Of a stretch of DNA of 64,000 nt, positions 27,342 through 35,917 are shown piece after piece. This DNA comes from Candidatus Dormiibacterota bacterium. GTDB lineage: Bacteria > Chloroflexota > Dormibacteria > Aeolococcales > Aeolococcaceae. Where the stretch lies: positions 11,042 through 75,041 of the forward strand of contig DASXNK010000107.1 in NCBI GenBank assembly GCA_036495095.1, read 5' to 3'. The notes below the pieces were generated by a model that was not told the DNA's origin, searched no databases, and saw only the letters and a list, made by a program, of their open reading frames with translations. The first letter of the stretch is position 1. Each line of letters starts with the position of its first letter. The position numbers and the translations under genes were made by a program.

Positions 27342-28460
27342 TCAGCCTCCCTTCCGGCCGGGACCGCCGCCGGGACGCGCCGCGCGGCCGGTCAGCTCCC
27401 GCCGCGGCGCCCCCGCTCCGGCGGCGCCCTGGCCGGCCATCGACGCCTCGGGATCGACGGCGCCGCCCGGCGGCACGTCGATGCCGGCGGTGCGGCGGAC
27501 CGCGTAGGGGGGTCGCTGCCCGACCTCGTGGTAGATGCGGATGAGCAGCTCGCCGAGCAGGCCCATCGAGATGAACTGCACCCCGATGATCACCAGGAGC
27601 ACGCTGAGCACCAGCAGCGGGCGCTCGGCGATGCCCGCGCCGGAGACCACCTTGTAGACCAGCAGCCCGGTGAGGGTGGCGCCGCCGATCAGCAGGCTGA
27701 CCAGCCCGAGCAGCCCGAAGAACTGCATCGGCCGGGCGATGTAGCGGAGCAGGAACCGCACCGTGAGCAGGTCGAGGACGACGCGCAGGGTGCGGGTCAG
27801 CCCGTACTTCGAGGCACCCCGGGTGCGCGGCCGGTGGTTGATCGGCACCTCCGCGACCCGCGCCCCGGCGAGGCCGGCGAGCGCCGGGATGAAGCGGTGC
27901 ATCTCGCCGTACAGGTGGAGCTGCCGCACCACGTCCGAGTGGTACGCCTTGAGGGTGCAGCTGTGGTCGTGCAGCGGGGTGCTGGTGATCCGCGAGATCA
28001 GCCGGTTGGCCAGCCTCGAGGACAGCCGGTGGTCCCGCCGGTCCCGCCGCCAGCCGCTGACGACGTCGTAGCCCTCCTCCATGGGGGCGAGCAGGTGGGG
28101 CAGGTCGCGGGGATCGTTCTGCTGGTCGCCGTCCATCGGCACCACCGCCCGGCCTCGCGCGAAGCGGAAGCCGGCGCTGATCGCGGCGGTCTGCCCGAAG
28201 TTGCGCCGGAACTGGATGACCCGCACCCGGGGGTCGCGCCGGTGCCAGGCCAGTGCCCGGTCGCCGGTGGAGTCACTGCTGCCGTCGTCGACGAGGATCA
28301 CCTCGGCCGACTGGGGCATGGTGTCGAGCACCGCGAGCAGCTCCTCGACCGCGGGGTCGATGTTCTCCTCCTCGTTGTAGAGGGGGACGACCACGGTGAG
28401 GTCCAGGCCTCGCTGCGGCGGGGCCCGGTCGGGAGCCTGGGTGGGGGTCTCGACGGCCAT
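27342..28460 (-). CDS. GT2 polyprenyl-phosphate glycosyltransferase (DPM1/ArnC/GtrB-like) with C-terminal TM anchors
   Basis: VVVPLYNEE, ILVDDGSSD and DGD(Q) motifs plus C-terminal hydrophobic helices. ATG at 28460 with an AGGGAG RBS. Confidence 0.8.
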   Translation of the reverse strand: MAVETPTQAPDRAPPQRGLDLTVVVPLYNEEENIDPAVEELLAVLDTMPQSAEVILVDDGSSDSTGDRALAWHRRDPRVRVIQFRRNFGQTAAISAGFRFARGRAVVPMDGDQQNDPRDLPHLLAPMEEGYDVVSGWRRDRRDHRLSSRLANRLISRITSTPLHDHSCTLKAYHSDVVRQLHLYGEMHRFIPALAGLAGARVAEVPINHRPRTRGASKYGLTRTLRVVLDLLTVRFLLRYIARPMQFFGLLGLVSLLIGGATLTGLLVYKVVSGAGIAERPLLVLSVLLVIIGVQFISMGLLGELLIRIYHEVGQRPPYAVRRTAGIDVPPGGAVDPEASMAGQGAAGAGAPRRELTGRAARPGGGPGRKGG

Positions 28461-28642
28461 CTCCCTCTGATGATGCTGCTTCGCCCGCCGCATGTGTCAT
28501 CGCATCGGAGAAAGGAGGAGGGCGGCGACACCCGGTGTCGCCGCCCTCGGCCGGTCGTGATCCGTCTGACCACGCCCGCGTCCACGACCCGTGGGAGGGT
28601 CGGGCGACGTCAGCTTCGCCCAACCCCCCCGATGGATCGTGA

Positions 28643-29167
28643 TCAGTCGCCGGTCTTGGACTTGGCGCTGCCGCCGGTGGACTTGGCCGAGCCGCCGCTG
28701 CCGCCCTTGCCGCCGGTGGCCGTGCCGCCCTTGGCGCCGCTGCCGCCGTCGCCGGCGCCGCCGCACGCGGTGTTCCCGGTGCTGCCGCTCACCGACGAGC
28801 CACGGTTGCCGCTCATCGACGAGCCGCTCGCGCTCGAGTTCTGGTTGGGGTTGCTGCCCGGGCTGAGAACCGGCACGAACAGGTTGTTCAGCAGGTTGGT
28901 GCCGTTCAGCAGCTGGTTCTGGCCGCCCAGGATGTTGTTGAGGTCGTTGCTGGCGATGCCACTCAGCACGCCGCAGGCGATGCCGTTGCCGCCGGTGCTG
29001 CTGCCGCCGGCGCCGCCGGACGACTTGGCCGACCCGCCGGCGCCGCCCTTGGACGACGAGTGGGCGCTGCCACCCTTCGCCTTGGCTGCGTGGCTGGTCA
29101 TCGTCATCGCCGAGCCGCCCAGGACTGCGGCGGTGGTGATCGCGGCGATGCTCATGATGCGGATCAA
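28643..29167 (-). CDS. Secreted Gly/Ser/Asn-rich protein, paralogue A
   Basis: Signal-peptide-like N-terminus. Conserved core GNGIACGVLSGIASNDLNNILGGQNQLLNGTNLLNNLFVPVLSPG. TTG start with a strong GGGAGGG RBS. Confidence 0.6.
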   Translation of the reverse strand: MIRIMSIAAITTAAVLGGSAMTMTSHAAKAKGGSAHSSSKGGAGGSAKSSGGAGGSSTGGNGIACGVLSGIASNDLNNILGGQNQLLNGTNLLNNLFVPVLSPGSNPNQNSSASGSSMSGNRGSSVSGSTGNTACGGAGDGGSGAKGGTATGGKGGSGGSAKSTGGSAKSKTGD

Positions 29168-29422
29168 GATGTATCCCTCCCTGTTGCCGTCGGATCAGCC
29201 TTGCGGATCCGGGCAGTGACCGTTGCGTCTCTCCCTACGTTCGGGTCCGCCGGAACCTTGCAGTTTTCAGAAACCTGGGTTGACGGAGTTCACGGGCCCC
29301 CAGGTCGAGATCGGGCGCGCCCTCCCCCGACTCCTCCCCCCACAGGGTGATTGACCCTCACCTGAGAGCCCGCAGACAATGCCTCGACACGGGGCGCGGC
29401 CCCGGGTCACGGGACACGGTGC

Positions 29423-30454
29423 ATGGCTGAGCTGGGCCGGCGGGTCCTCATCGGGGGGCCATACTTCGAGGACCTGGCTCACGGCCGGGTCTTCGATGAC
29501 GCGCCGTCGGTCACGCTCACCGACGGGCTCGCCGCGGTCTCCCAGGCGATCTTCGGCGATCGCCTGCGCCTGCCCCTCGACGCCGGCCTCAGCGCCGCGG
29601 TCACCGGGGGCGGGGCGGCGCTGGCGCATCCGATGCTGGTGTGCAACGTCGTCATCGGCCAGAGCACCGGCCCCTCCCAGCGGGTCCGGGGCAACCTCTT
29701 CTACCGGGGCCTGGTGCTGCTCCGCCCGGTGTTCATCGGCGACACCCTCCGCACCCGCACCGAGGTGGTCGGGCTCCGGCAGAACGCGGTGCGCGAGGGC
29801 CGGCCGGCCACCGGGGTGGTGGCGCTGCGGGTCCGCGCCGAGAACCAGCGCGGCGAGCCGGTGCTCGACTTCTGGCGCTGCCCGATGCTGCCGCTCGCCG
29901 ACCCCGGGGTGCGCACCGGCCACGCCGACGGCTTCGACGACATCCCCGCGGACCTCGAGCCCGGACGGGTGGCCGCGGCGGTGCCCGGGGGGTGGCGGCT
30001 CGACGCCTTCCGCGTGGCCTGCCCAGGCGAGCACTTCGCCGCCCTCGTCGAGGGCACCGTCTACGAGGTCGAGAGCCGCGACACCGTCAGCTGCGCCCCG
30101 GAGCTCGCGCGGCTCACCCTGAACATGGCGCAGACCCACACCGACGCCGGCGCCAGCGCCTACGGCCGCCGGCTCGTCTACGGCGGCCACACCATCTCGG
30201 TGGCCGCGGCCCAGCTGGTGCGGGCGCTGCCCAACCTGGTGACCATCCTCGCCTGGCGGCGCTGCGACCACCTCGCGCCGGTCTTCGAGGAGGACCTGCT
30301 CCGCTCCGAGGTGGAGGTGGCCGGGCTCCATCCTCTCGACGGCGGCGGCGGGCTGGTCGAGCTGCGGGTGGTGGTGCACGCCGCCCGGGACGCCGCCGCG
30401 GGCGCCGAGGAGGTGCCGGTCCTGGACTGGCGGCTCTGGGGCCTGATGGCGTGA
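29423..30454 (+). CDS. MaoC-like (double hot-dog) enoyl-CoA hydratase/dehydratase
   Basis: 343-aa ORF with a hot-dog fold pattern; an N-terminal inactive half plus a C-terminal half is typical of mesaconyl-CoA/itaconyl-CoA hydratases. Confidence 0.75.
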   Translation: MAELGRRVLIGGPYFEDLAHGRVFDDAPSVTLTDGLAAVSQAIFGDRLRLPLDAGLSAAVTGGGAALAHPMLVCNVVIGQSTGPSQRVRGNLFYRGLVLLRPVFIGDTLRTRTEVVGLRQNAVREGRPATGVVALRVRAENQRGEPVLDFWRCPMLPLADPGVRTGHADGFDDIPADLEPGRVAAAVPGGWRLDAFRVACPGEHFAALVEGTVYEVESRDTVSCAPELARLTLNMAQTHTDAGASAYGRRLVYGGHTISVAAAQLVRALPNLVTILAWRRCDHLAPVFEEDLLRSEVEVAGLHPLDGGGGLVELRVVVHAARDAAAGAEEVPVLDWRLWGLMA

Positions 30455-30470
30455 GCGGGAGGGAGGCCGG

Positions 30471-31745
30471 ATGAGCGTGCAGCCGCCGGGCATCCTCGGC
30501 GGGATGCGGGTGGTCGAGGGATCGGCCTTCGTCGCCGCCCCGCTCGGCGGCATGACCCTCGCCCAGCTCGGCGCCGAGGTGATCCGCTTCGACCAGATCG
30601 GGGGCGGCCTCGACGCCCGGCGCTGGCCGATCACCAGGGAGGGTCGCAGCCTCTTCTGGGCCGGCATGAACAAGGGCAAGCGGTCGATCGCCGTCGACCT
30701 GCGCTCACCCCGGGGGCGGGAGCTGCTCACCGAGCTGATCACCGCGCCCGGTCCCGACGCGGGGCTCTTCCTCACCAACTTCCCGGTGCAGGGCTGGCTC
30801 GACTACGGGCGGCTCCGCGCCCGCCGCCCCGACCTGGTGATGGTGGCGATCACCGGCAACCACGACGGCTCGTCGGCGGTCGACTACACCGTCAACCCCG
30901 CCACCGGGTTCCCCTGGGCGACCGGCCCCACCAACCTCGCGGTGCCCTTCAACCACCTGCTGCCCGCCTGGGACGCGATCACCGGCACCCTCGCCGCCAC
31001 CGGCCTCCTCGCCGCCGAGCGCTTCCGCACCCGCAGCGGCCAGGGCCAGCTGGTGAAGCTCGCCCTCAGCGACGTGGCCATCGCCATGGTCGCGCATCTC
31101 GGCAAGATCGCTGAGGTGCAGATCAGCCGCCACGAGCGGCCGAAGTACGGCAACTATCTGTACGGCGCCTTCGGCCGCGACTTCCTGACCCGGGACAACC
31201 GGCGGGTCATGGTGGTGGCGCTCACCGCCCGGCAGTGGATGAGCCTCAAGGACGCCACCGGCCTCCACGAGAGCTTCGCCATGGTCGAGCAGCAGATGGG
31301 CGTCGACCTCTCCCGCGAGGGCGACCGCTTCACGGCCCGCGAGGTGCTCGGCGCCATCCTCAAGGCGTGGACGACCCGGCACACCCTGGCCGAGATCCGC
31401 GAGTGCTTCGACGAGCACGGGGTGTGCTGGGGCCCGTACCAGACCTTCACCCAGCTGGTCGACCAGGACCCGCGGTGCTCCACCGCGAACCCGATGTTCG
31501 CGGAGGTCGAGCAGCCCGGGATCGGCACCTACCTGATGCCGGGATCACCGCTCGACTGCGGCGCGATGCCCCGCGTCGAGGTGCGCCGCGCGCCCCTGCT
31601 CGGCGAGAACACCGACGAGATCCTGGCCACCTGCCTGGGGCTCGGTGACGCCGAGATCGGCCGGCTCCACGACGCCGGCGTGGTCGCCGGTCCCGAGCCG
31701 GAGGAGGCGAGCGTCAGCGTCACCGGCAGGCTCGCGGTCCAGTAG
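30471..31745 (+). CDS. Family III CoA-transferase (CaiB/BaiF family)
   Basis: N-terminal GMRVVEGSAFVAAPLGGMTLAQLGAEVIRFD is the classic family III signature. 424 aa. Confidence 0.85.
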   Translation: MSVQPPGILGGMRVVEGSAFVAAPLGGMTLAQLGAEVIRFDQIGGGLDARRWPITREGRSLFWAGMNKGKRSIAVDLRSPRGRELLTELITAPGPDAGLFLTNFPVQGWLDYGRLRARRPDLVMVAITGNHDGSSAVDYTVNPATGFPWATGPTNLAVPFNHLLPAWDAITGTLAATGLLAAERFRTRSGQGQLVKLALSDVAIAMVAHLGKIAEVQISRHERPKYGNYLYGAFGRDFLTRDNRRVMVVALTARQWMSLKDATGLHESFAMVEQQMGVDLSREGDRFTAREVLGAILKAWTTRHTLAEIRECFDEHGVCWGPYQTFTQLVDQDPRCSTANPMFAEVEQPGIGTYLMPGSPLDCGAMPRVEVRRAPLLGENTDEILATCLGLGDAEIGRLHDAGVVAGPEPEEASVSVTGRLAVQ

Positions 31746-31881
31746 AGCCCCCGGCCGCCGGGCGCGGGGCCGTGAATCCCACCGAACCTCGCAAGACTGT
31801 CAGAGCTCTCCCGTTGTGTAGCCGTAGGGTCAGGGAGCCGTCCAGTGTGGACTCCCACCCTCGGTCAGGGAGGGAAATTCC

Positions 31882-32454
31882 ATGCGTGTACTGGGTATTG
31901 CTGCGCTCGCGACCGCTGCGGTCATGGGCGGCTCGGCGATCACACTCACCACCTACGCCTCGGCATCGAGCCCGTCGAGCCCGTCCAGCCCCTCGAGCAG
32001 CGGCGGGCACGGCACCACCCAGGGTGGGAGCGGCACGTCCTCGTCGACGGGCGGCAGCGGCGGCGGCGCCACCTCGACCGGCGGCTCGGGCGGGAGCAGC
32101 ACCGGCGGCAACGGGATCGGCTGCGGTCTGCTCAGCGGGATCGGGAGCAACGACCTCAACAACATCCTCGGCGGCCAGAACCAGCTGCTCAACGGCACCA
32201 GCCTGCTGAACAACATCTTCGTGCCGATCCTGAGCCCGGGCGCCAAGGCGAACCAGAACAGCAACTCGGGCACGACCACGGCCAGCGGCAGCCACGGCGC
32301 CTCGAACAGCGCCAGCACCGGCAACACCAACTGCGGCAATGCCGGCAACGGTGGCACCGGTGGCAAGGGCGGCACCGCCACCGGCGGCAAGGGCGGCAGC
32401 GGCGGCAAGTCCACCTCGAAGGGCGGCAGCGCCAAGTCCACGAAGAAGTCCTAG
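31882..32454 (+). CDS. Secreted Gly/Ser/Asn-rich protein, paralogue B
   Basis: Signal peptide. Core GNGIGCGLLSGIGSNDLNNILGGQNQLLNGTSLLNNIFVPILSPG is nearly identical to paralogue A. GGGAGGG RBS 8 nt upstream. Confidence 0.6.
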   Translation: MRVLGIAALATAAVMGGSAITLTTYASASSPSSPSSPSSSGGHGTTQGGSGTSSSTGGSGGGATSTGGSGGSSTGGNGIGCGLLSGIGSNDLNNILGGQNQLLNGTSLLNNIFVPILSPGAKANQNSNSGTTTASGSHGASNSASTGNTNCGNAGNGGTGGKGGTATGGKGGSGGKSTSKGGSAKSTKKS

Positions 32455-32621
32455 CTTCCGAGCTCGCACTCCGGAGGGCGGTCGCAGCTCGCTGCGGCCG
32501 CCCTTGGTGTGCTCGGCGGTCTCCCGCGGAGTGGCCGGGTGCCGAGAGTCCGCGGGATGAAGGGCGCGCCGGGACCTCTGCTACGGTCGTCACGGTCGAG
32601 GAACCGAGGAGGAGTTCGAGC

Positions 32622-33428
32622 GTGGCCGTCCCCACCACCGTCGCCGACCTGCACCAGGTCGCCGCTCTCACCCGTCGCGAGTCCGAGTCGCTCGCCACCG
32701 TCCTCGAGGGGCTGTCCGCGGAGCAGTGGCAGCTCCCGGCGTGCGGCGACTGGAGCGTCGACCAGGTCACCGGTCACCTCGGGATCGTGCCCAGCAGCGT
32801 CGAGCAGTGGTACGACGCGGCGGTGGCGGGGGAGGAGGTCGAGCCCCTGGACATGCGCGACCCGGAATTCCAGGAGACCCAGCTCGACATGATCGGCGAG
32901 GCCGATCCCCAGGACCGCATCGACGGGGTACGCCACGCCTACGGCTCGGCCGCCGACTACCTCGACAGGCTCGACCCCGGCGGCCTCGGCCTCCCCACCT
33001 ACACCCCCGAGGGCATGCTGCCGCTCACCCTGGCGGGCCGCATCTCGCTCAGCGAGCTCTTCGTCCACGGCTTCGACGTGCGCCGCGCCGCCGGCCTCGA
33101 CGACCGCGGCGATCCCGAGGTCGCGGAGGCGCTGCTGCCCCACGCGATGGCGGTGCTGCCCTCCTTCCTCGGCGGCGTCAGCGATCTGGAGGCTCCGGTC
33201 GAGGTGACCGCCGGGGAGCAGCGCTGGACCCTCGCCCCGGCGTCGCCCGGAGTGACGGTGGAGGAGGGGGGAGCCGGCGCCGGCACGACCCTGCGGATCG
33301 CACCCGCCGACCTGGTGCTGCTGGTCTGGGGGCGGATCACCCTCGCCGAGGCGCGCACCCGGGGCGCCGGCGTCGACGGCGACGCCGCGGCCCTGGAGCG
33401 GCTCCTCGCCCAGCTCGACCCGCTGTAG
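32622..33428 (+). CDS. Mycothiol-dependent maleylpyruvate isomerase N-terminal-domain (DinB_2/MDMPI) family protein
   Basis: N-terminal HLxxxxxxLxxLS ... W pattern (LHQVAALTRRESESLATVLEGLSAEQWQLPA) and DinB-like fold features. GTG start with an AGGAGGAG RBS. Confidence 0.6.
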   Translation: MAVPTTVADLHQVAALTRRESESLATVLEGLSAEQWQLPACGDWSVDQVTGHLGIVPSSVEQWYDAAVAGEEVEPLDMRDPEFQETQLDMIGEADPQDRIDGVRHAYGSAADYLDRLDPGGLGLPTYTPEGMLPLTLAGRISLSELFVHGFDVRRAAGLDDRGDPEVAEALLPHAMAVLPSFLGGVSDLEAPVEVTAGEQRWTLAPASPGVTVEEGGAGAGTTLRIAPADLVLLVWGRITLAEARTRGAGVDGDAAALERLLAQLDPL

Positions 33429-33475
33429 CGGAGGTTGCCCCGGGCGCAGGGAACGGGGTAGGCTGCTCGTTATCA

Positions 33476-33499
33476 TGAGTAAGTCGATCGAATTACTCA
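33476..33499. promoter_or_regulatory. 24-bp palindromic putative operator TGAGTAA-N10-TTACTCA in an AT-rich island
   Basis: Perfect 7-bp inverted arms around a near-palindromic GTCGATCGAA core. Located 22 bp upstream of the 33521 start; local GC is far below the genome average. Confidence 0.3.
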
Positions 33500-33520
33500 A
33501 CAAATAGAGGAGCCGGGACC

Positions 33521-34021
33521 GTGCCCGACGGTGGCGCGACGCTGCTGGAGATCCTGCCCGTGGCGCTCGCCGCGGGGTCGATCCAGAGCCTGCGCCCGGC
33601 CGGCGCCGCCTCCTGGCGGCTCGAGTGCCCGCCCGGCGCCGACCCCGGCCCGGTGGTCGTCGAGGCCCTGCGGGAGCTCGGCCTGGCCGTCTCCGTCGTG
33701 CACTCCACCTCCTGGCGCCACCAGGGCGGCGGCCTGGTGCTGACCTACCTGGTGGTGCTCGCCGCCCCCGCGCCACCGGCCGCCGGGCTGGTGACCCGGG
33801 CGGTGCGGCCGCTGCCGCTGGCGAGGGGCGGCCCGACCACCGCGCCGGCCGGACTCGACGTCGACCAGGTGCTCCAGCACGCGCTGCGCCACCTCGCCTG
33901 GCTGCAGCGCGACGATCCCGGCATCGCCGCGGCGCTCGACCCCGGCTGGGGGGCGCCGCTCGCCGGATACGTGCCCGAGCCCTTCCATGCCCACCCCACC
34001 GAGGCCGCGCTCAGCGCCTGA
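33521..34021 (+). CDS. Hypothetical protein
   Basis: 166-aa ORF with high GC3 and no recognisable motif. GTG start. Confidence 0.45.
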   Translation: MPDGGATLLEILPVALAAGSIQSLRPAGAASWRLECPPGADPGPVVVEALRELGLAVSVVHSTSWRHQGGGLVLTYLVVLAAPAPPAAGLVTRAVRPLPLARGGPTTAPAGLDVDQVLQHALRHLAWLQRDDPGIAAALDPGWGAPLAGYVPEPFHAHPTEAALSA

Positions 34022-34173
34022 CGGCGCCCCCGCGCCGCGTTCCTCACGCGTCACCTCCTCGACACCGCCGCGACACCTGCGACGGCGGCGGCAGGCCTAG
34101 CGTTGACATAGCCCCGGGGAGGGGGAGCGACGCCCACCCTGAGGGCCCCGAGGCTCTCCACGGGAGACCGGCC

Positions 34174-34335
34174 ATGCAGAAGACCCCCCACCTGGCCATC
34201 ATCGCCGCCGTCCACGCGCGTCTGGTGATCGTCGACAACGCTCTCGCCGCCGCGCCCCGCGACCCCGCTCTCCACCGCACCCAACGTGAGCTCGAGGACT
34301 GGCTGTCCGGGTTGACCCGCGGCCGCGCCGCCTGA
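34174..34335 (+). CDS. Small hypothetical protein (53 aa, MQKTPHLAIIAAVHARLVIVDNALAA...)
   Basis: Not listed in the track (falls within a longer out-of-frame ORF). GC3 ~90%. GGGAGACCGGCC precedes the ATG. A TTGACA -35-like hexamer lies ~65 bp upstream. Confidence 0.35.
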   Translation: MQKTPHLAIIAAVHARLVIVDNALAAAPRDPALHRTQRELEDWLSGLTRGRAA

Positions 34336-34357
34336 CCTTCCCGAGCACCTCTCGGGC

Positions 34358-35524
34358 TCAGACCGCGACCAGCGCCTCCAGCGGCGCGACCAGCGCCTCC
34401 GGCGGTGGCATCGCGGCGATCTCGGCGGCCATCGCGGCCGCCGCGGTGCGGTAGGCGGGGTCGCCGAGCAGCAGGTCCATCTCGGCGCCCACCGTGGCCG
34501 CGGTGACCCGGTCGGTGAGCAGGGTGCGGCCGACTCCCCGAGCGGCGCAGAGCTGCGCGTTGAGGTACTGGTCGGCGCCCTGCGGGATGGTGAGCAGCGG
34601 CAGCCCGCAGGCGAGCGCGGCGAGCATGGTGCCGGCGCCGCCGTGGGTGACCACCGCGGCGCAGCGGGGCAGCAGCGCGCCGTGGGGCACGTAGCGCTCG
34701 ACCCGGACGTTGCCGGGCTGGGCGCCCAGACCGGCGGGGTCGTGGTCGGGACCCACCGTCACCACCAGGTCGAGGGGCCGCTCGCGCAGGCCCGCCACCG
34801 CGGTGGCGAGCACCGCCTGGTTGGAGTTGGTCACCGAGGTGCCGAGGGTGAGGTGCACCACCGGACGGCCGCCGAGGGACTCGAGCCAGGCGGGCGCCGG
34901 CGCGGTGTCGATGCTGGCCGCGCCCGGCCGCATCGGCAGCTGGTCGAGCGCCGGGCCGCGGGGGTTGCGCAGGCTGGGCGGGCAGATGTCGAGGGTGGGC
35001 CCGCGACCGGCGCCGGCGAGGGCGGGGGAGGGGAGGCCGCGTTCGACCCAGAGCGGCTCCGCCGCCGCGGCGCAGGCGTCGAACACGGCGGTGCCGGCGA
35101 GCGGCCCGAGGGTGTGGTGCACCGACGGGATCCCCGCAGCGGCCGCCACCGCCGGCGCCGCGAACTCGAGGCTCTCGTGGACGATCAGGTCGGGCCTCCA
35201 GCGCTCGACCTGGGCGGTGAGCCCGGCCGCCATCGCCTCCGCGGCCACCTCGACGAAGAGGTGGGGGGTGAACCAGAGCAGGATCTCCTCGGGGAGGAGC
35301 TGCTCCCAGGGCCGGCCGGGATGGCGTTTGAGCAGCAGCGGGAACCACTCCTCGCCGTCGAGCCCCGCCTCGAGCACGGCCAGCCCCGCGGCGGCGGCGC
35401 GCGCCCCCATCCGCGGGGCGGTGGCGACGGCGACGTCGTGCCCCGCCCCCTGGAGCGCGCGGGCGAGCGGCAGCATCGGCTGCAGGTGACCGTGGGCGGG
35501 GGTCGAGGAGAACAGGACGCGCAT
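34358..35524 (-). CDS. GT1 UDP-glycosyltransferase (MGT / macrolide-glycosyltransferase-like)
   Basis: N-terminal MRVLFSSTPAHGHLQPMLPLARAL and C-terminal donor-binding VTHGGAGTMLAALACGLPLLTIPQGADQ. Confidence 0.8.
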   Translation of the reverse strand: MRVLFSSTPAHGHLQPMLPLARALQGAGHDVAVATAPRMGARAAAAGLAVLEAGLDGEEWFPLLLKRHPGRPWEQLLPEEILLWFTPHLFVEVAAEAMAAGLTAQVERWRPDLIVHESLEFAAPAVAAAAGIPSVHHTLGPLAGTAVFDACAAAAEPLWVERGLPSPALAGAGRGPTLDICPPSLRNPRGPALDQLPMRPGAASIDTAPAPAWLESLGGRPVVHLTLGTSVTNSNQAVLATAVAGLRERPLDLVVTVGPDHDPAGLGAQPGNVRVERYVPHGALLPRCAAVVTHGGAGTMLAALACGLPLLTIPQGADQYLNAQLCAARGVGRTLLTDRVTAATVGAEMDLLLGDPAYRTAAAAMAAEIAAMPPPEALVAPLEALVAV

Positions 35525-35810
35525 CGGCGGGCGCGTCGAGAGTAACGCTCGGGATGCCGCCCGCAGGGGTTGGTCGGTGTCCATGCCCCGGCGCCGGAGC
35601 GCGCAGTCGCCGCTGACAGCACTCCCGGTGCCCCTGATGAATGCACGCTGAAATGCACGTACAGTCGGTTTGACGCGGTTGATGACAGCGTGATGAAACC
35701 GGCGCGGCGGGCTCGCAAGCTTCACACATTGTGAGCGTTGAAGCCATATCGCCGGGTTCCGGCGAGGACGCAAGAGCTTCGATCGCCACGCCTGTTGATC
35801 TTCTGTTCAG

Positions 35811-35829
35811 GTTCCGTTAGTGTTCCGTT
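35811..35829. promoter_or_regulatory. Direct repeat GTTCCGTT-N3-GTTCCGTT, flanked by GTTCAG copies, upstream of the RND operon
   Basis: Four GTTC-containing repeats within 35 bp, ~90 bp upstream of the RND-1 start, in a lower-GC intergenic region. Confidence 0.3.
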
Positions 35830-35917
35830 CAGCAGGAAGGGATGGCGGTCGAAGGACGGAGATGAAGATGCCGCACGCGATGCCGGCCGCCACCCGGAGA
35901 GGAGGGGGACACACGTC

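Noticed and set aside
31745-31881. Direct repeat GGTCAGGGAG x2 and short hairpin upstream of secreted paralogue B
   Set aside because: The second copy overlaps the GGGAGGG ribosome-binding site, so the repeat probably reflects RBS/leader sequence, not an independent element. The stem is short (4+5 bp).
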